Assembly (NCBI GenBank): GCA_041660385.1
Contig: JBAZWJ010000031.1
Location: forward strand, 3,137 to 67,136
Direction: 5' to 3'
DNA length: 64,000 nucleotides
From: Desulfobacteraceae bacterium
GTDB taxonomy: Bacteria > Desulfobacterota > Desulfobacteria > Desulfobacterales > Desulfolunaceae
Shown one piece after another: positions 19,288 through 28,396 of this stretch. The position numbers were made by a program, and so were the translations under genes. Numbering within the stretch: the stretch's first letter is position 1; each line of letters opens with the position of its first letter. Below the pieces are notes generated by a model that searched no databases, had not been told where the DNA came from, and saw only the letters and a list, made by a program, of their open reading frames with translations.

Positions 19288-19783
19288 CCTTAACACTCTC
19301 CAATATTATATAACCGGAGCAAAGTCCAATTGTAGTTCTGCTTGAATATTTACAGCAATAGAAGGGGCAGTAGATAAGTTTTTGATGTCAATCGTAAATG
19401 CTTTGTTATCCTCGAATATATCTGGACGTGGAGCATTACCGCCAGCATGGCCTCCGACTCTTGTCAGAATTGAATTATTAGTTGAATAGGTTTCATTCAG
19501 CATTGTAACCTCACCAGGCTCATAATAATCATCTTCATAATTTAATTTGCCATCAGATGTAGTGCCTTGCCCACCCAAAGGTCAGGACCATACTCAGGCC
19601 CGAAGTCTTTTAATATAAAATCCACCCGTACCATTTATAACAACTGACCCGGATGTGTCACCCCACCATGTATATTTCCCCGTAAATGGCCTTGTGATTT
19701 CTTTATTCATTGTCATATTTATCCTTACTTGATCTATGCAGAGTTTCATGCCAAAGTCGCGGTAGGCAACCATCACGTTGAGG
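19288..19783. repeat. ~0.5-kb duplicated segment, copy 2
   Basis: See 16529-17025; same 3' end (…APVI* + TATTGGAGAGTGTTAAGG) and same RBS/ATG region. Confidence 0.85.
19306..19776 (-). pseudogene. Frameshifted second copy of the leaderless PEP-CTERM-family paralogue
   Basis: ORFs 19594-19776 and 19306-19578 together match 16546-16959. 'GTGCCTTGCCCACCC' versus copy 1 'GTGCCTTTAATGCCCACCC' shows a 4-nt deletion that breaks the frame. Confidence 0.75.
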
Positions 19784-20200
19784 TTATCCCCCTGTTAATT
19801 TTATAATATCGGATCTGGAGTTATAATTATTGGGTGTAATGGCGAAATATAGGCAGCAATTTAACATTATTCTTGAACAACTATGTTATATCATCAATCG
19901 TTATTATCAAAAGAATGAAATATAATTATTTGTTGAAATAGTAGTCCTAAATATTAACATTAAATTCGAAAAAAACCACAAAAGAAGAATAACGTGGATA
20001 GTACGACACAGCGGCATGTTCAGTCAAGTAGTTTCCAGACCGATTGTTTGCTTCATGGATAGAGGTCACAAGGAGCAGTATATATATACTCAAGCCGGAA
20101 TTTATTATGTCAACCGGCTTAAAGGCAACGAAAAAACCTCCCTTGTTTATTACATTGTATCGGAATTGGAATTTATAATTATTTTAGACTTTAGTTTTAA

Positions 20201-21398
20201 GGTGATGTCCCCATTTAATTGACAAACGATAATAAATTTTATAATGATTGACTCGGTTAGAATAAATTTTTAAATCGGAGGCAATCATGAGTGAACTTGA
20301 ACAATATTTCTGTCCCAACGAGCAATGCAAGGAATACGGTCTTCGTAGACAGGGTAACATCGCTGTCCGTGGCAAGTATGGTAAGGGCAAAAGTCGTGAT
20401 TTGCTTTATTGTCGAACATGTGGCAAACGTTTTGCGGCTACACGTGCCAGTGCTCTGTTTGGTCTTCATTTGCCAGCCGAAATGATTCGCCAAATCATCC
20501 ACCATGCAGCAGAGGGTGTCGGAGTACGAGCCACCGCACGCCTATTGGAGCTTGATAAAGACACAGTCAATCGAGTAATCCTTCGGGCTGGTGAACATTG
20601 CGCTAAGGTTCTTTCAGAACTATTGACCTCATTGGAAATGACAGAAGTACAACTTGATGAGTTATGGACGTTTATAAAAAAAAGGAAAGTTCTGGCAGCA
20701 CCGACGATCTTGAGAAAAAATACGGGCGGACGTGGATCTGGACTGCTATCGACGCATCCACGCGACTGATGATCACGTTTTGGATTGGTGGTCGTGAATT
20801 GGACGATGCCCGGCAACTACTGAAAGATTTGACTGGTCGTTGTATCGGAAAGCCATTGTTTGTCTCGGATGAACTACCCCATTACGGAAGAGTATTGGCC
20901 GAGTTGTATCATAAGCAGATTGCACAGGAACCTACAGGTAAACCCGGGCGCCCAAGGAATCAAGAGCGGGTTATTGATGCAGACCTTGACTAAGCAACGG
21001 TTCATAAGACGCGCTTGGGTGCAAAGATTATCAAGGTCGAACGCAAGATTGTCCACGGAAGCGAGGATCACGTACTATCGCGATTAGAGAAGTCGCCAAG
21101 CAAGACTGTTAATACAGCGTATATCGAACGATCTAATCTGGATTGGCGATTGTGGGATGCTCACCTGGCTCGCAAGGCACCGACTGTTGCCCGGTCAATG
21201 CGCTGGCTAAAGGTCAAGTTCGCAATATGTGTGGCCTGCTACAATTTGATCCGGCCACATGAAACACTCAGTCGTGGCAAGGATCGTGTTTTTCGAGCAA
21301 AGACTCCCGCAATGGCAGCAAAGGTGACCAACCACCGATGGACGTTTGCAGAATTGCTGGCGCATCCTGCTTTGTGTCAATAATATGGGGACATCACC
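20201..21398 (+). mobile_element. IS1-family insertion sequence with target-site duplication
   Basis: Imperfect ~25-bp terminal inverted repeats GGTGATGTCCCCATTTAATTGACA (20201-) / TGTCAATAATATGGGGACATCACC (-21398). They begin GGTGATG like the IS1 ends (from memory). 8-bp direct repeat AGTTTTAA at 20193-20200 and 21399-21406. 1,198 bp. Confidence 0.8.
20287..21383 (+). pseudogene. IS1-family transposase (InsA-like zinc finger/HTH + DDE part), interrupted
   Basis: N-terminus 'CPNEQCKEYG...CRTCGKRF' plus HTH. 'VQLDELWTFIKKK' then needs a -1 shift in the A8 run (20676-20683) to continue 'ESSG...GRTWIWTAIDASTRLMITFWIGGR...PLFVSDELPHY'. An in-frame TAA at 20991-20993 sits before '...ATVHKTRLGAKIIKVERKIVHGSE...AYIERSNLDWR...YNLIRPHETL'. 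Confidence 0.75.
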
Positions 21399-21451
21399 AG
21401 TTTTAAGACCTACTCTTTATTTCAAAATCTTTATATCAAGATACCAAGAAC

Positions 21452-21496
21452 AAAAAAAAGTCAAATACCACTGGTAAAGCCGATGGCATTTGACTT
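21452..21496 (-). terminator. Possible rho-independent terminator downstream of the 21713 gene
   Basis: Minus strand: AAAGTCAAAT-(21-nt loop)-ATTTGACTTT followed by TTTTTTTT. The stem is AT-rich and the loop large, hence low confidence. Confidence 0.3.
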
Positions 21497-21712
21497 TATG
21501 TCTGTTCAAAGCGAAAAAAAGTGGGTAGACTCAAAAGTTGTTATTTTAATAGAAGTCAGAAGCCCTAAACGACTATCTTCTTCAACTTAATTCTCAGAAC
21601 GAATCTTCATCTTTAACAAATGTCAGCAATATTATAACAGCAAAATTCTTTCTTCTACCACAATAATAAATCAGATTTACTCCCCATCAAAAATAACTAA
21701 TTAAACATAAAT

Positions 21713-22087
21713 TCAATTAGTTATCCTTACATTTGTTGGTTTCTGTGGCACAACAACAGGAAAGGAGCTTTCAGAAAATGGGGACACTGAACCGTCTTCA
21801 TAGACATCTTGTACACTGAAATAAAACGAACCACTGACACCATTACCTAAATATACCTGATTATTAGATTTTTCAGCAACCGGGCCATTAATGGGAGTTA
21901 TCTGAAGAGTATTCGGATACTTCGAAGGATCTGTTTGTTCAGTCGTCCCATACTTCAAAACATATTTTGTAACTTTTAGGTTGGGGTTTTGATTGATAAC
22001 TGTTAAATTCGCTGTGCCGGCTACACATATTGATGAAAAACACACCGTGACCCAAAGACAGATCAAAGCATATAGATTCTTTTGCAT
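21713..22087 (-). CDS. Small secreted protein, Fn3/Ig-like beta-sandwich (tentative)
   Basis: Signal peptide MQKNLYALICLWVTVCFSSICVAG. The rest is beta-rich ('VTKYVLKYGTT...SGSFYFSVQDVYEDGSVSPFS'). Start taken at ATG 22087 rather than 22102. No PEP-CTERM tail. Confidence 0.5.
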   Translation of the reverse strand: MQKNLYALICLWVTVCFSSICVAGTANLTVINQNPNLKVTKYVLKYGTTEQTDPSKYPNTLQITPINGPVAEKSNNQVYLGNGVSGSFYFSVQDVYEDGSVSPFSESSFPVVVPQKPTNVRITN

Positions 22088-22165
22088 TAATATTTCCTCC
22101 ATTGATTTTTGTTATGCTATTACACTATTCAGATAAACATAAATATCTAACGTTTAAAATTTATA

Positions 22166-23320
22166 TCATTTAAAATTGACCGGTAAACCATTTGATGGAT
22201 TTCCATTATCATCTACAATAAACAGAAACGCTTGACCACTTGAAAACGAGCCCTTATTAACTGTAATCTTTACAGAATCAACATCACCAACCCTGGGATT
22301 CCACTTTGTTGGAATTTGAATTTCGCGATGTGTACACTGACTCCAAATACTGGAATTTCCGATCTCAACTCGTGCCTGTGAGTTAAACTGAACGAAAACA
22401 TCATCAATGTAAAAATTGCCTTTGTCAACCCCATTACCAAAATAATTTTCCCATACAATGTTTTTCCACGGATAATCAGTTGTTTCTCTTGTGGATGTAT
22501 TTCTAATATAATTGGCAAAGGTAACGGGTGGTACTGGTACACCATCTTCGCTCCTATGAATCAATATACTTATAGTTCCGTCTTTTGTATTTGGGGTACT
22601 TGTTTCTGTCCAGACTTCAATTCGCTGCCAAACATTCGTTTTGATACCATATGATCTATAAATACTTGCAGGCGTTGAATCACCAGCATAACACGAGGTA
22701 TCATAAGTTGGGATAGAAGAAGATCTACAAAAATTTATCAACATATTATTCCCGTTCTCAAACATCGGAGGGTTACTTGTTCCCATTAACTGTTGGGACC
22801 AGTACCAGTTATGGGGTTGATCCGCGTAAATTCCCCCACCGAGGCCCGGCGTAACACGAAACATTTTAAATTGCCCAACGGATGAAGAAGTAGAACCGGT
22901 TGCCCATGTTAATGGAACGGGTTTAAACCACCATGTGGCGTACGCAGAGTTGAACCCCCCTGGTTTGTTAAGAGTGAATCCGCTTGTGTATACAGATGAT
23001 ATTGGAAAAAAAGCTTTTATACTCTTTGAACCACCATGCTTGTCTTCAGTTGTATATACAGGACACTGTCTTGATGAACTTGTTGTTTCAGTACTCCAAT
23101 TAGTTGGAAGTTTTATTTCCGAATTATTAGTCCCTTGTTCAATATTATTACCAAGCCATTGTGTATCAAGAGTGTGTGTTCCGAAACCGGCACCTCTAAC
23201 AATAATACTATCACCATCATCAAACAGTGAATCCGACACTGCAGTAACTTTCGGTATAGCTCCATAAGAATAATATGGAACCATGATAATCAATACAAAA
23301 AAGAAATATAGAATTTTCAA
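22166..23320 (-). CDS. Secreted protein, IPT/Ig-like ends flanking a jelly-roll (lectin/polysaccharide-lyase-like) core; function tentative
   Basis: Signal peptide MKILYFFFVLIIMVPYYSYGA. N-terminus 'IPKVTAVSDSLFDDGDSIIVRGAGFG' is IPT-like. The core 'GQFKMFRV', 'WKNIVWENYFGNG...FYIDDVFV' resembles concanavalin-like lyase/glucanase folds. GAGGAGGA RBS. Confidence 0.45.
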   Translation of the reverse strand: MKILYFFFVLIIMVPYYSYGAIPKVTAVSDSLFDDGDSIIVRGAGFGTHTLDTQWLGNNIEQGTNNSEIKLPTNWSTETTSSSRQCPVYTTEDKHGGSKSIKAFFPISSVYTSGFTLNKPGGFNSAYATWWFKPVPLTWATGSTSSSVGQFKMFRVTPGLGGGIYADQPHNWYWSQQLMGTSNPPMFENGNNMLINFCRSSSIPTYDTSCYAGDSTPASIYRSYGIKTNVWQRIEVWTETSTPNTKDGTISILIHRSEDGVPVPPVTFANYIRNTSTRETTDYPWKNIVWENYFGNGVDKGNFYIDDVFVQFNSQARVEIGNSSIWSQCTHREIQIPTKWNPRVGDVDSVKITVNKGSFSSGQAFLFIVDDNGNPSNGLPVNFK

Positions 23321-23383
23321 TGCGTCCTCCTCACTTTTTTACAATTACAACCATCTCAACTTATTTAAACACGAAGAAACATT

Positions 23384-23399
23384 TGCAAATATTGAGCCA
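23384..23399 (-). promoter_or_regulatory. Sigma-54 (-24/-12) promoter
   Basis: Minus strand reads TGGCTCAATATTTGCA. This matches TGGCAC-N5-TTGCW in GG/GC spacing and in 10 of 11 specified positions (TGGCtC ... TTGCA). The -12 GC lies ~65 nt upstream of ATG 23320. Confidence 0.6.
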
Positions 23400-23728
23400 T
23401 ATTTAACAAAAAATTATGTTTTTCATAAAGCAAATAACTGGTGATTTGATGAGATTAATTAAAGAGTTTCATTTATAAATAATAAAGGTTAATCACTGCC
23501 TGCTGATTCATACAATTTTTCATGGTTTGTAGCCCAGCTCAGTCAGATCTATTTGACTTGAGAAATGGCTCCGTTTGTTTGAACAGTGAAATTTCATTAT
23601 TTAGTGAAGCATCTGCCTCTTATCAAGCCGCCTTTTCAACTGTCGTCGGCTACATCATGTTATAAGCCTCATCTGGTGTTCTTTTTCCCAATTGGGAATG
23701 GGTAAATCCCGTTACTGACAAAAGACTT

Positions 23729-24694
23729 TTACCATGTTGCAATTTTTTCATTTAATTCAATAAGCCGCTTATTCCAAGATTCGGACAGTGTCTTCCTTAA
23801 TATAATTATGTCATTCTGATATTTTTTATAATTTTTTATAATTTCATTTATCCCATCAGAAATTGATTTTGCATCAGGTGTTACAAAAATGCACCCTTTA
23901 TTGAAATATGAGCGTAAAGCAACTGTGTCAGAAAGTATAAGTGGCTTCCCAACAGAAATCCCTTCATATGCCCCACAAACAAGACAATTTTCTCTTAAGG
24001 TCAGATCTAATACTGCATCTACTGAATTTAACAAACTCCAATAGCTATCGTCTGAAATATAACCTAAGAGTTTAACGTTTGAAGAAAGTTCATTGGTATT
24101 AAACTTACCTTTATAGTTGCCTGTAAAATATAAAAAAATATCATCAGAAATAATGTGTCCCGATTTAATCATTTCACCAAATGGTTCATCGTTACTAAAA
24201 GTACAAATGCAGGCGATATTGAATCTTCCTTTTAAATTATAACCCAAGGGTTTAAAAGATTCAAATGGTGAATAGATCTTATCTTGTAAAATAAAAGCAC
24301 GGCCATTATTTTCTTCAACTATTTGTTTTAATGCAATGTTTGTTACAATAGTAAGGTTAGAGTTTTTTTGAATAAAAGCAGATATTTTCATTAAACAATT
24401 ATTTCGACCCTCAAATGGTAGAATACCTGCATTATGGGAATCAATAATTAATGGGAATTTAAAAATTTTTTTTAATAATACCGCTATCAATGATAATAAT
24501 ATCGATGGGTTTTGAACCGCGATAATGTTTTTTCGATTTAAATAAATTATTAATATTGTGCGTAATGTGCAGACAAAGTACCGGACCAACCTTGGTTTAT
24601 TTATAATTAGTTCATATAATTTCCAATTTAAACTTTCGCTAATTCCTTTATTTCTTATTTGCTTCTCCCAAGTAATCCAAATTCCATTTTTCAT
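23729..24694 (-). CDS. Glycosyltransferase (GT-B, GT4-like)
   Basis: C-terminal half 'LLGYISDDSYWSLLNSVDAVLDLTLRENCLVCGAYEGISVGKPLILSD' resembles the GT1/GT4 nucleotide-sugar-binding domain. Last gene of the co-directional EPS string. Confidence 0.6.
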   Translation of the reverse strand: MKNGIWITWEKQIRNKGISESLNWKLYELIINKPRLVRYFVCTLRTILIIYLNRKNIIAVQNPSILLSLIAVLLKKIFKFPLIIDSHNAGILPFEGRNNCLMKISAFIQKNSNLTIVTNIALKQIVEENNGRAFILQDKIYSPFESFKPLGYNLKGRFNIACICTFSNDEPFGEMIKSGHIISDDIFLYFTGNYKGKFNTNELSSNVKLLGYISDDSYWSLLNSVDAVLDLTLRENCLVCGAYEGISVGKPLILSDTVALRSYFNKGCIFVTPDAKSISDGINEIIKNYKKYQNDIIILRKTLSESWNKRLIELNEKIATW

Positions 24695-24701
24695 ATTGCC
24701 C

Positions 24702-25850
24702 CTATTTATGAATATGTATACACTGATCGCTTCTTAAGTACTCAGCAATTGAAGATGCAATTGCCAAAGACCCTGCATCAGTATAATGGACATTATCACC
24801 AAATTCAATTTTACTATGGGGTAAAATACGGTATAGATCAATAAGATCCAAGCGATTTTCACCTGCCACGTATTTTATAGAATTATTACATTTGGCTAAT
24901 GCATCAATAATCCCTTTTAGAGATAATTTAATATAAAATCTTCTAAAATCATAAAAAATATCCTGATAATCTTCCATATTTTCATTACGCAACAACATTG
25001 GATATGTACTCAATACAACTTTGATATGTTTCGATTTTATATATTTTACCAATGTATCAAGATCACTTTGAAATGAAGCCACAGCTTCAGGGGCAACAGA
25101 ATCAGCTGGAGGTTGCCCGTTTAGCTTAACCCTTTCCATGGCAATGACCTGATTTTTCATGGCCATAAGCTGATATTTTTTTAAAATTTCCTGGGGTAAA
25201 ACACTTTTAATCACTATCTTTATTTTTGGTAATATACGTAAAGAACCAATGCCTTGTTTTACATTGTTAATGAAGCTTTTTTTCAAATTAAGGGGTTTAT
25301 TATTTTGTTTGGTCTGCGATATTTGTTTTTTAGTATCACCCATATTATGAGTAGAAATATTATCAACATAATTAAATGGATTAACAACCATAATTATTAT
25401 TTCCGGCTGTAGATCCAATACATATTTATCCAGATAGACTGTCCATTTATCTAAAAACTGTCCGACAACAGCCGTATTAATAACGTCATAGTTATCTCCT
25501 AATATTTCATTCAATTGTCTTGGCCAATCTTTATTTTGGCTCTCATACAAACCAAATGTTTCCGAGGCTCCCATACACACAATTCTGATTTTTCCGACGT
25601 TAGTTCCTGTTTTAATATCTGGCCCACGAAAACCTAAATTATTTATTTTCCATTTTTCAAATTGTGCATTTGGAATATTATGTCTTATTCTTTCAGCATC
25701 ATATTCCCTTAAAATATCTGGCGAGTACTTTCCAAACATCGGGGCATTGTACTTAAATTTGTCATCAACTCTTGCCAAGAATTCGAGCGTCAAACAAAAT
25801 ATAAGAAAAATAAAACAAACATTTATATATTGATAAGTTATTTTCATCAT
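24702..25850 (-). CDS. SGNH/GDSL-like hydrolase/acyltransferase (AlgX/AlgJ-like partner of MBOAT)
   Basis: N-terminal TM anchor; block I-like 'IVCMGASETFG', block V-like 'GDNVHYTDAGS'; 3-nt gap to the upstream MBOAT gene. Confidence 0.6.
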   Translation of the reverse strand: MMKITYQYINVCFIFLIFCLTLEFLARVDDKFKYNAPMFGKYSPDILREYDAERIRHNIPNAQFEKWKINNLGFRGPDIKTGTNVGKIRIVCMGASETFGLYESQNKDWPRQLNEILGDNYDVINTAVVGQFLDKWTVYLDKYVLDLQPEIIIMVVNPFNYVDNISTHNMGDTKKQISQTKQNNKPLNLKKSFINNVKQGIGSLRILPKIKIVIKSVLPQEILKKYQLMAMKNQVIAMERVKLNGQPPADSVAPEAVASFQSDLDTLVKYIKSKHIKVVLSTYPMLLRNENMEDYQDIFYDFRRFYIKLSLKGIIDALAKCNNSIKYVAGENRLDLIDLYRILPHSKIEFGDNVHYTDAGSLAIASSIAEYLRSDQCIHIHK

Positions 25851-25853
25851 TGT

Positions 25854-27302
25854 TTAAAACTGCAAATAAATAAAAGATTGCGCCTTAGCACCATAAAAGC
25901 AAAGAAGATAAGCAACGCATGCATACAGAAAACTCTTTAGGTACAAAGGTTGACAACGAAAATCAACATATTTGATATATTTACAATCAAACTCCCAAAT
26001 AACCCAATTATCTTTCAATATCTGAAAAAGCATAACCGCAAATGGTATGGCAATAAAGAAAGATACTTTACCCAGAAGATCAAATGCCTGCCCGATGGGA
26101 ATAGAACTTAAAGTAACTATATGATACATAATGGTTTTAATCTGGCCATAACTTTCAGCACGGAAAAAAATCCAACCTATGCATATAAACTGAAACATAA
26201 CAAATGCTTTAGCCATATAGATAATAATAGATGAATGTGATTCCATAAATACTATTTTGATATTTTTACTGAATCGATGTATGCAAAGGAGCATTCCATG
26301 GAATCCTCCCCATATTATGAAATTCCAAGCAGACCCATGCCAAAGTCCCCCCAAAAGCATGGTCACCATCAGATTGCGATACGTTTTTTCTCGGCTGGTT
26401 TTGTTTCCACCCATAGGAATGTATAGATAATCTCTCAACCACGTCGAAAGACTGATATGCCATCGTCTCCAGAAATCTGATGGGTCGATTGAAAAATAAG
26501 GATTTTTAAAGTTATGGATTAAATCAATTCCAAGGCATTTTGAAACGCCTCTTGCAATATCGGTATATCCCGAAAAATCACCGTAAATCTGGAACGCAAA
26601 GGCCCAGGTCGCAATAATATATTCTACACCTGTTGAATTTTTATTACCGTATATCTGTTTAACAATAACAGCCAGATTATCTGCCACAAACACTTTCATG
26701 AACAAACCCCAGAAAATCAGATTAAGCCCTCTGATAAACTTATCCTTATTAAATTGACGACTGTTTTCAATTTGAGGTAATAAGGCACTTGCTCTTTCAA
26801 TAGGCCCAGCTAAAAGCAATGGGAAAAAAGATACGAATAATGCAAAATTTAAAAAACTATGGGTTGGTTTCTGTTTGCCGCGAAAAACATCAATCGAATA
26901 TGCCATTTTCTGAAACGTATAAAAAGAAATACCAACAGGTAATATAACATTGATCATGGTAAAACTTGGATGGATTCCAATAAAATGTAGCGAAGAAAAC
27001 AGCGTATCAGAAAAGAAATTCCAATATTTAAAAAAACCAAGTAACGTCAAGTTTATAATTATACTGATAAGAACGTAATGATGTTTCTTAGTTTTTGAAG
27101 GTTCATTATATATCAGTAGCCCACAAAAATAATCCAAACTGGTTGATAAAAATATAAGAAATAGAAATCGCCAATCCCACCACCCATAAAAAACATAACT
27201 GGCTATTAATAATAAACAATTTTGCCAGTGATGACTGAAACAATAATAAAGCCCGACAACAACACAAAAAAAAACAAAAAATTCGAACGAATTAAAAATC
27301 AT
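25854..27302 (-). CDS. MBOAT-family membrane O-acyltransferase (AlgI/DltB-like)
   Basis: 'MIFNSFEFFVFF...' N-terminus, multi-TM, 'FWRRWHISLSTWLRDYLYIPMGGN' with the conserved His. Start set at ATG 27302, which forms an ATGA overlap with the upstream stop (the ORF track starts at 27326). Confidence 0.85.
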   Translation of the reverse strand: MIFNSFEFFVFFCVVVGLYYCFSHHWQNCLLLIASYVFYGWWDWRFLFLIFLSTSLDYFCGLLIYNEPSKTKKHHYVLISIIINLTLLGFFKYWNFFSDTLFSSLHFIGIHPSFTMINVILPVGISFYTFQKMAYSIDVFRGKQKPTHSFLNFALFVSFFPLLLAGPIERASALLPQIENSRQFNKDKFIRGLNLIFWGLFMKVFVADNLAVIVKQIYGNKNSTGVEYIIATWAFAFQIYGDFSGYTDIARGVSKCLGIDLIHNFKNPYFSIDPSDFWRRWHISLSTWLRDYLYIPMGGNKTSREKTYRNLMVTMLLGGLWHGSAWNFIIWGGFHGMLLCIHRFSKNIKIVFMESHSSIIIYMAKAFVMFQFICIGWIFFRAESYGQIKTIMYHIVTLSSIPIGQAFDLLGKVSFFIAIPFAVMLFQILKDNWVIWEFDCKYIKYVDFRCQPLYLKSFLYACVAYLLCFYGAKAQSFIYLQF

Positions 27303-28396
27303 CTGAACGTCATACCCCTGCGGCACGCATCTAAAAAATGTATCATCCCAGTACCATGATAATTCAATGATTCCAGAGTATCTTCAGGATTTACATTTAT
27401 CCTGGAAATGTCCATGGGGTCCCCAAAAACAGAGGACCTCTTATATGTCAAAGAAAACGAAACCTTAATACCAGAGTTTCTAAGAATTTCTTTGTGATTT
27501 TCATCGAAATCGCCTGCCCCCCCGTTGGGGTAGGCAAAAAAGTCACAAGGGCTCCCTGTTAATTTTACAAGTTTTTCATTATTAACTGCTATTTCATTTA
27601 CCACAGCAGGATAACTCATGGAAGAAAGGATGGTATGTGAATGGGTATGCCCGCCAAAATGAATATTCCGATTCGCAAGATTCGTGATCTGTTCATCGGT
27701 CATACTGAAAAACAGCCTCATTATCGGATCATCCGGGCTGATTTTCCTCATAACATCTGAAGATAGTGGGTATATGACGGCATCTCGTTTTTCTGGTGGC
27801 AATAATTTCAGAGCATTAAAAATCAAATCATGTTTCTGAGATGTAATCGCGTTATCCGTATTTTTCAATCCCAGTGCATTGCACAGCCATCCGGCTTCAG
27901 CAATAGAACATCGCATTAAAAACAGCCAGACCATATCAAACCAGAACGGTTTTCGATCTTCCACATACCGTGTGGGAACAAATACAACCGCCGAAATATC
28001 CATGGATTTAAGAATGGGCCATGCCAGACGGTGAAAACTCTCATAACCATCATCAAATGTTATCAGAGCTGAGTTTTCAGGAAGGTCGGTTTTACCATCC
28101 ACGCAGTCCAATATATTCTGGGGGGAAATAACCCTGTACTTTTTTTTTATGAACGCTATCTGCTGCGCAAAATTATCAACGTGCACAAATGTGGCCGGCA
28201 GAGATCCTGTTTTATGAACAGGTCCGTCAAAAAGCCCGTGATAAGTCAGGATCAAAGGCTTTTTTCTGTTCAAATAATGGAACAGCCATGGGAGACCCGT
28301 TGCATTTGCAAGTTTGTATTTATACTTTTCCAGCATGATAGAACCTGAATTGGTAGTAAGTGTTTTCAAAACAACGTTCTGATTGTTTTCAAACAA
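27299..28396 (-). CDS. Polysaccharide deacetylase (NodB-homology domain)
   Basis: 'LILTYHGL', 'ALITFDDGYESF', 'VVFVPT', 'FGGHTHSHTIL', 'FAYPNG': the NodB motif series. Confidence 0.75.
   Translation of the reverse strand: MFENNQNVVLKTLTTNSGSIMLEKYKYKLANATGLPWLFHYLNRKKPLILTYHGLFDGPVHKTGSLPATFVHVDNFAQQIAFIKKKYRVISPQNILDCVDGKTDLPENSALITFDDGYESFHRLAWPILKSMDISAVVFVPTRYVEDRKPFWFDMVWLFLMRCSIAEAGWLCNALGLKNTDNAITSQKHDLIFNALKLLPPEKRDAVIYPLSSDVMRKISPDDPIMRLFFSMTDEQITNLANRNIHFGGHTHSHTILSSMSYPAVVNEIAVNNEKLVKLTGSPCDFFAYPNGGAGDFDENHKEILRNSGIKVSFSLTYKRSSVFGDPMDISRINVNPEDTLESLNYHGTGMIHFLDACRRGMTFR

Noticed and set aside
20287-21383. Three separate genes (160, 109 and 122 aa)
   Set aside because: They are collinear pieces of one IS1-family transposase, separated by a -1 frameshift in an A8 run and by an in-frame TAA. 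I saw no reason to invoke stop-codon read-through.
23536-23728. Possible IS3-type transposase 3' remnant (minus strand ...THSQLGKRTPDEAYNMM*)
   Set aside because: Only ~16 residues resemble the end of an rve-type integrase core, and no inverted repeat was identified. This is too short to support without a database search.
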